Of a stretch of DNA of 64,000 nucleotides, positions 55,525-64,000 are shown in pieces. How positions within the stretch are numbered: the stretch's first letter is position 1; the number at the start of each line of letters is the position of its first letter. Source of the DNA: Bugula neritina (lineage: Eukaryota > Animalia > Bryozoa); NCBI GenBank assembly GCA_964035545.1, contig OZ037768.1:9580741-9644740 (forward strand), given 5' to 3'. The notes beneath the pieces were generated by a model. It made no database searches and was not told the DNA's origin. It was given only the letters and a program-made list of their open reading frames with translations. The position numbers and the translations under genes were made by a program.

Positions 55525-55821
55525 TGCGAATGCATGGCTGCCCAACAATACAGAGTACTTTTATTTCATAATAAATTAATTTTGCTTAGACTATTTACTA
55601 GAAATACCTGCAATAAGAGAGTTTGGAAAAGCCTCTGATCTAGTTGGGAAACATTGCAGAATAAGTTATCCAAAATTTTCAATGAAGCTTTAAACCAAAA
55701 TCCATAGACAATTTAAGAATAGACTGATGCAAACTCTGTTTTGTACACTTGATGATTCACATTTTTAATTTGTAATTTTTTATTAAGGAAAATTAAATAC
55801 ATGTATGAATACAAAAATTTC

Positions 55822-57626
55822 TTATGAAGTGAAAAAACTCTTGAGTTTGTTTAATGCTCGTGCTCTATGAGATATGCTATTTTTCACAGATGGCTGCATT
55901 TCTGCAAATGTTTCATTAAAATCGTCTGGCTGAAAACATGGATCCCAGCCAAATTTTGTTGAACCTCTAGGACTAACTATCTTTCCCGGACATTTACCGC
56001 AAAACACAGATATGTCTTTTCCAGGTCCTTCAGAGTAACCAAATGTGCACATTGCATAAGCTGATTTATCCTCAAACCCGTGAAGCATGGTGTACAAACC
56101 TGAAAATTTAGCAATTGGCAACTTATAAAATGCACTTAAGGGAGTATTTTGGGATCTCTCTAAACTTTATAAATTTGCTTATAACTATTAACCACTCATA
56201 TCAGCAAATTAATTTAATATCATAAAAAATTGTTGGACTAACCAGTGTGTCTCTCTGTAAGAAGACATCAGTACATATACATAATTTGGTGTTTTTAGAT
56301 GATTTAAACTAGGGCGCAAACTCAATGGGGCACTTCCTTTGTAGTTTAAATCTAATTTTGTGACTAACCTAATGACTCAGTAATTAATTGTGAATTTCAA
56401 TAGCCAGATCAACAATAGCACTTTATTTTCTGGATTATCAGGTCCCCAGAACAATTGAGAGGCATGTGAAATATTGCAATTTTTAATGGTACAAATTCTA
56501 GTATAACTTCATAGCATGACAAATTGGTGGATTATGTATGGAGTAAAGCAATCACATTTTAAGGCCACACGAAAATTCCAATCTTGAGATAAATAAAAAT
56601 CTGCTTCTCTAAACCCAACATATGACTTAGATATAATTACCTAACTATTTTTAAAAAATTAAAAACAATTGATAATTGCTACTAGTAATGCAACAGTATA
56701 TCTTTATAAATTACAAACACTAGCAACCATTGAGTTTAAAATTTTTCTTGGTAGAAACATGTTATTGCACCAACAGTAATCTAGTTCTTAGAAACCTGAT
56801 AATCTGTTAAATTATGACTTGAATAATTTCAAAAACAGTTTTTAGTTTTTAAAATGATAATTACTAGGAATCTACAAATTTGCAACAGCTCATCTTGAAC
56901 AAAACCAAATTTATTAAGATAGCAATTGGAAACAGCGAAAAAGGGGGTGGGTAAAGATTAAGTTTTTGCATTTAGTAATAAATTCATCAATATCTTGTAA
57001 AGATTATCTTTCAATCTTGCCATATTTAATTAGGATGTATTTCCAGGGGATTTTTTTCAGATATGCTATGATGGGGGATTAGCCATTATGACTATTGTCA
57101 TCACTCAAAAAATGTTGAATAGTCCAAACTTCATAAAAATGAAAAATTGACAGTATGCCTGGTTTTAAATTTCCTCTGGGCTAATGCAAAATACTCACCC
57201 TCTGGTCCAATTTTTTCCAGAAACCATTTTATATAAGGTCCAGGCATGCCACCAAGAGCATTGAAACAAAGACAAGTGTCTTCTATAAGTACAGGACCTT
57301 GAACTATTTTTGCAGCTTCCTCACATTTCTGTCTAACAATTTCCTCTGGCTCACCTTGATATTCAGGCAGGTTCAGCTTTTTATTGACAAACTACGATAA
57401 TACCAATACTAAACTATAAATTGAACCAGATATTAAATGCATGGGCAGTGATGCTGTCAAAACTATACAGATGAGCCAGTGTGCCTTGTAGCTACTATAG
57501 TTTTGGCAACAGACACGTGAATAAAGACTAGCTGCTTTTACTCACATTTACCGAAGACCCAAGGATACTGGCAACTTCTTCCAATTTATTTTTGTTTCCT
57601 GTGACGAAGGTAATTACTCTGGACAT
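55822..57626 (-). CDS. ITPA: Inosine triphosphate pyrophosphatase (ITPA/HAM1), 3 coding exons, about 183 aa
   Basis: Exons 57626-57546, 57391-57199 and 56099-55822. Motifs [59 protein letters not shown] and KNSISHR. Confidence 0.96.
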
Positions 57627-57909
57627 CTTTTGGTAACTTATTTTCTATTTCATCTGAAACTGAAATTCCACAAAGTTATTTATTATTGCACACGTATACA
57701 CTTATAAGATGTTTTTTTTTCAGGTAACTATAGAAAAACTACAAAGCGCTGCTTGTTGAAAATTGCTTTTTAGAGCTATAACCCATAAGCATATGTGCCC
57801 AATTCATTATTACTATTAGGTTCAAATATTCATAATACTATAGTGGTTGCTGCAGCTTAATTATTCCCATGTACTTATAAACTAAATATAACATACAAAT
57901 TGTCAATAA

Positions 57910-58615
57910 TATGACTATAATAGTAGGCTACTGCAAGGACTATAACTATGCCTATAGGGTATAGCCTATAGCCCTATACTATAGGCTATGACTATAACTA
58001 TAAGTAATATTATAACTTATAAGTATAAGATTAGGACTGAGACTTCAATTCCATAATGCTACAAGACATGCTTATTTCAATTTGTTAGCATTTCACTAAC
58101 TTAATTACTGATACTAGTTACTAGTTAGTAGTTACTAGACTATAGCTTTTACTTTCTGGTACAGTATTACTAGTACTACTACTAGCGGCAGTAGTAGTAC
58201 TAGTAGAAGTAGTAGAAGTGGTGGGGAGGTGGTGGTGGTAGTAGTTGTGCTAGTACTACTACTACTAGTACTAGTAGTAGTAGTGCTAGTAGTACTCTAA
58301 TAGTAGTAGTAGTGCTAGTACTAGTAGTACAAGTACTAGTATTACTATTAGTATTACTATTACTATTAGTATTGCATTTACTAGTAGAGTACTAGTACTA
58401 ATAGTAATAGTAATACTAAGTCTAATACTAATACTAATAGTAATAGTAATACTAATACTATTAGCATTGCTAATAATAATCAAATTACTATTACTGTATC
58501 ACTATTAGTATTACTATTATTATTAGTGACTAATACTAATAGTAATACTAATACTAATGTCTAATACTAATAGTATTATATTTACTATGATTAAATATTA
58601 ATAATAATAATAAAT
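57910..58615. repeat. CTATAG and TAG/TAC/TAA low-complexity tract upstream of the ITPA coding region
   Basis: Directly visible; it is the source of the spurious ORF 58286-58483. Confidence 0.85.
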
Positions 58616-60272
58616 TTGAATTACAGCTACTCAGCTAGACTAGAGTTACTGTTGGACAAAGAGTTAAAATAATAAATACAATAAGAAAGACAACATCTCA
58701 AAATTCATTAAGTTAAACATAAAACATATCACATTATACACATTAAACTTGAATTAATTCGAAATTAAAATATATTATTAAAGTTGGAAATAATCATTTT
58801 ATGAACCAAATCATTGAAATTTTCACATTGTGAAAAAAAAGAATGAAGTATAATTTGATACACTGTCCTGTAGCTAGTGGTTAGTTATACTAATAGCCAA
58901 AGTTTGTCATAAAGTTCTCTCTGACACATGGCGCACACTAAAAAAGTAAGACAACTCCATATCCATAAAATAATTCACGAAGACTATTTAGGTAACAAAT
59001 AACTCTAATGTGATTGTAATTTGAAGCCTATGATACAGTGCTAACAATCTGGCATATTATTACCATTCAGACTTTATTAAGCGGTCAAATGTCAACCCAT
59101 CGTTTTTCAGAACCAGTCTATTTTGTTTGCAGGTGAATTGGACAATATTCTGCCCTGTGTAAATTATGATGAAAAATAGGGAATATCGGTCAGTTGAATA
59201 AAGAAAAAAGTGAAAATATCTTTTGAAATTTTGCTGCACTTCAGAATTTTATTTGCCCCTCAGTTAGTCATGATTAAAGTAGGGTGCTTATAATAGCACA
59301 TGTATAGTTTCAAACTGTGCGTTAATTAATAATTGAATATTGCAACCTCGCTATTGGCATTTGTGCTGACAAATTAGTTCGATTTAAACAGCATTCATAA
59401 GAGTATTATCTCCAGTTTTTATTTACTGGCTTGTCACTGCTGGCACTACCTTGAATTTTAACAATAACTGAACTACCTTTAAACAAGCTGTAGCAAGGTG
59501 ATCCAACTTACTGCATTGCTTTTGAAAGTAATGTTAAAGTTTGACTATCTCTATATATCACAAAATTTGAATGTGCAGCCCTCCTCGTGCTCACTCTACA
59601 TAACATAGATTACTGGAGGTGTATAGAATAAACAAAATTCATATGTGACTTATAAAAGATATTTGCTATAGACTAGCAGAACCTTATTAAGTACAGATTT
59701 AAATTAAACTAGTATTATTAAATTAAACTTGTATTATTCACAACTGACACAACACACTGTGTAATTAGTATATTGGAGTACATTTTGTAATTGTGTATTA
59801 ATAAACTTTGCTTATAAAGTATTACCACATCATGTTTTATCACTTATATATTATTAGGCAGGTGTGTATCACAAACAATATAAAAGAACCAATAGATAGC
59901 TAAAGAATAAATAAATTACAATGATATTAAATAACACTATAAATATTGAGAAAGTAGAAGAGTGGACGGCAGAAGTGTAAAAACTTTGATATCACCAGCA
60001 GCAGTAAAATTGCTTATAAAAACTGGATAGGATTGTAGTCACTAACATCCACATGGAAAGTGATACATATTACAATACATCACATGTGTATAAAATGGTC
60101 ATGATATCACAGAATAAAGTATAAAGAGATCAAGAAAAAACATATTAAGTTATAATACTAGTCATTTTATAAGATGGTGCTAACAGCATATAATAAATTT
60201 GTGGTAGATAAATCAAGCTTAGCTAGGCTTACAACATATTGTAAGGGTAAGTATGGCAATAGAGTGTCAGAT

Positions 60273-63200
60273 TTATTTAATGTCACAAAGTAAGGCCACG
60301 CCTCTCAGTGTCCAGTGATCTGGATTTTGACTGGTTTTGAGATCCACAGGAGCAATGTAGGTGAGGTCTGTCCTCCTCGGCTTTTTGTATATTGGACACG
60401 AGTACATCTTGTCGTTGTGGCTACCGGTAGAGTTTATGGCGTAGATATGCACAACAGGCATCATCTCAAACAAAACCTGCAAGAGTAAAAGCTTATTGTT
60501 ATAACTTAACATGAATGCAGTTATTGTAAACTTTTATATTGTAATCTAGATGTATATTGATAGAACTGAAAGAACCTATTCTATATCCAACAAATTGTAA
60601 AGTTGTTTATTTTCTGTAGAATAAAATTAGAGTAAAATATTACTAGACTACCTAAAAAAGTAAAATATATTATTAAAAATATTATATGTGAAAAATATAG
60701 TCTGATGAACGTATATCAAACATCTCTTTTTGAAATAAGGCACAATTCATTGGCTGTTATACAATAGCTAATCTTTTGTCATCATATTTATACAACTATG
60801 GTTGAGGGAAGTATTATGATATAATAATGAGGCCAATAACTTTACATAATTACAGCAAGAAAAAGTTATTAGGTTGATTTAACTAGTTTTAACAGGTAAA
60901 AAAAGAATGTTACCAGACTGGTCTCAACATGAAGTATATGTTCGTTTAAATGTCACAAGAAATATTTACTCAATATTTACTGAGTGTTTGGTAATGAAGA
61001 CATAAAACTGTATTTTATACAAAACTAAAAAATATTTTTTTAGAATATTCCAAAGATAACTTGCACTTCATAAACATGTCAAATCTCTTATTATAATATG
61101 GCTCATCAAAATTCACTATCACTGATCTAGATAAAGCACTTTTTGATTACAATCTTAATAATCAACTTAGAAAACAATTAAATGTCCATAATTACTTTTA
61201 CAAAAAAAAGAAATGTGGAGAGTCACTAGTTCCAAGTGGTAGATTTTGAAAACAGTATTTTTAATGAAAACATTTTAAGAATTTCTATATAGTTCAAGCT
61301 GCAAACGGATATCTCATCAACTTACCTTTGGTTTAGGTTCTACAAGTCTCACTCCTTTCTTATCCCATCCGGCTCCTTCAAGGTACAGTCCGTAAACATA
61401 AACACCTTCAGCAGGTGGTTGTGTAGCGTCTTCCTTCATGTACTTCGTAACGTCATTGTGTAAAATGACAGTATCGAGTGCCCATCCTTTATGGGCCCGG
61501 GTCACTTCCTGCCTCATAGCTGTTAGGAACCCTGGTTATAACAAACACAAACAATGTTTAACACAAGAAGAAAGTGCTCAAATATAAACATTCTTTGACA
61601 GTTAGCACATATAGTTTCTTGCATTTAAGTGATAAACTATTAAAAAATACAGCTAAATAAGCGAGGATTTTTTCTAATTTTGCATGGTTTTTTATGTTTT
61701 AACCTATTGCATTAGTGGCTAAACTGTGAAAAATAGCAAAAAACTAAAGATATATAGTGTGTACTAAATTAAGTAGAATAACCCATTTATCATTTATCAA
61801 ATGTGTTACAAGAACACATGTAATAAATCGTGAATTTAATAAAAACAATAGAGTACTTAAAATTGAATCGAGAAATTTGTAATGAAATTCTAAAATAACT
61901 ATTAAATTTAGCCTTGTCTGCTTTGCCAATTCCGACTTATAATAAACTGCCTTTACCTTGAGGGTTGAAAAAGCCAGTCATCCAAAAGGAGATGGGTCTG
62001 CCCTCGAAGCACCATGTGCTAAACTGTGTGTTCCTTTCAATCAGATCAGTAAACCAGAACCCAAGGGTGGCCGACTCCCATGAAATCTGCAAGTCGAATA
62101 AGACATGTGCATATAATTCACCAGAAACATATGCGTATATACACTGTGACAGGAGAACAAGTTTCGACTAGTTACCTTGCTCCACGAGTTTGGCACTTTG
62201 CCATCGTACATGCAGTCGAGGGCATCTCTCAGATTCTCTGACATAATGATAGTCCCGTCAATAGCCAGTTTGAGGTCATTCAAAGTGAGTCTGACTAGCA
62301 TAATGACCTTCTGCATTCTATCTATCTCTTGCCTCAAGAAGATGTTCATCGGTTGAAGATGTCCCATTTTTTGAAGTCTCGTTTTTACCTATAGTTGGAA
62401 ATGCAAACATTAGAGTTGTTCAAAGTATTTATTTAGTCATGTAACTATCATTTATGCAACTACACAAATTAAAAGACATATTAACTTTTTAAAATATTGT
62501 ACATATTATACTATATATACTATTTGGTTGAATTTTACAATGTAAGATAATAGCTTAATTTATTTTTTATTTAAAGCTTAAAAATATATTCAAATATACA
62601 TTCGTGTATAATAAACATACATATGAACATATATTTTATATAACTTAAGCATGTTCTCGGTTGATTGGGTACATAATATATCTGTATAAATGCATAATAA
62701 ATCAGATGGAAAACTGACATGTGACAAAATACAAATCATGTATTCATATCATATGATTGATAAATTTACTTTTTAATTACATCTGATATGGCGGCATGTT
62801 ATTTACAGTAGCAAAAAATTAGTGTAAAGCAATTTGTTTAGTGATATTTTATGTGCATGTGTTGTATGTGTTCAGTATTTTATATATGTATATATTGTAT
62901 GTGTATATGTTGTGTATATATGTCGTGTATATATTATTTTGTACTTGCTGTATGTTTTATGTGTCTTCATTGCATGTATATTATGTTGTATGCAGAAGAC
63001 TTGGGGCACCTGTGACACATGCCTACCTCAAAAGGATCATAATCAGGGGGGAGCTTGTCAATCATGTCATCACAAAGTCTGTACACAACAGACTCTCTCG
63101 TCTCTCCTGAACCTCCACTTGAATCTTTAGGCTGAATACTTAGAATTGTGTCCAAGACATCACGGGCTGCTTTGGTCTGATATCTAGAACAATGGCAATT

Positions 63201-63816
63201 GCAATCTTAAACATACCATCTTCAACATATTTAATAGTATATATGCTTATAACATGCAAGACATGAGAGTAACTCTCCATTTTAAAAAACAAACTTTGTG
63301 AGTTTTAAAATGTTACCAAATTCTAATTGAAAACAATATATTAATAATAAACAAAAAATGTCTGTTATCATAAAGAAACTTCATGAAAGTGCAATTCAAA
63401 AATAAAAATAGAAATCACATTACAATATATTAGTATATAACTGTTATTGATATGTAAATATTAAGAAAATAATAAAAGTAGCTATTAGCTAAATTGCATG
63501 TATCATGGCATTAGGTTTGCCCAGTAAAAAGAGTTGGCAATAGACACACTTACGTTATGTCAGCATTAGGGTGAAGTCCAAAGGCCTGAGGTGTGTCAAT
63601 CAATGGCAGGTTGTTGATGGCAGTAAAGTACTCGTCAATCTTGTTGCACTTGGGTATTGGATAACCTTTGTAGAATGCGAAAGAGTTGGGGAACATGTGC
63701 TCACCAAACCAAACTCGACAGAACGTAATGAGTAGCCTTTTGTCATAGTCATCTGTAACTCGTCCGCCATATTGGATTTCTCCAAACATGTACCGAACAG
63801 TACTCCAACTAACGCC
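60273..63816 (-). CDS. DNAH5: Axonemal outer-arm dynein heavy chain, DNAH5/DNAH8 type, last six exons; gene continues beyond the window
   Basis: Exons 63816-63554, 63183-63027, 62388-62176, 62086-61957, 61531-61326 and 60476-60273 join in frame. Motifs [84 protein letters not shown] and [18 protein letters not shown]5 and DNAH8 cannot be told apart from this fragment. Confidence 0.95.
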
Positions 63817-64000
63817 CTGTTAACAAGCGAATTCAATGCTATATGTAATGGTGATGCCATTTCAATGTTTTACAGCTATAGAAGTACAAGTAGTCCTATA
63901 TTAAATTTATCTGTTTTCTGTAGATTGATAGCTCAAGCGATAATTACATTTTATAATTTACAGCTACTTGCATAGTATTTTACTATGCAAGTTGCTAAAT

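Overview
AT-rich (roughly 30% GC by eye), intron-rich genomic DNA from an animal, most likely an invertebrate; the taxon cannot be fixed from the sequence. Splicing GT-AG exons by hand gives seven protein-coding genes: the 3' end of RCC1L/WBSCR16 (+), a complete NOL4-family gene (+, 11 coding exons), an MFSD4-like MFS transporter (+, 12 coding exons), an Elk/TCF-class ETS factor (-), an HSD17B12-like 3-ketoacyl-CoA reductase (+), ITPA (-) and the 3' end of a DNAH5/8-type axonemal dynein heavy chain (-). Family assignments are from recalled protein motifs, not database searches. Repeats include two copies of a tRNA-derived SINE, a 5'-truncated CR1-like LINE, a probable solo LTR, a Mutator-like MITE (9-bp TSD), a 2,025-bp foldback hAT-like element (8-bp TSD) just upstream of the HSD17B12 start codon, a perfect 60-bp palindrome and many microsatellites. 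Most notable: (1) the HSD17B12-like gene has two tandem, intact, strongly diverged terminal exons in the same splice phase, so one catalytic core could take either of two C-terminal substrate-binding modules; (2) the Elk gene has two candidate first coding exons and an upstream CRE + perfect CArG + CCAAT cluster suggesting SRF/TCF autoregulation. No CRISPR array, rRNA or intact tRNA gene was found.
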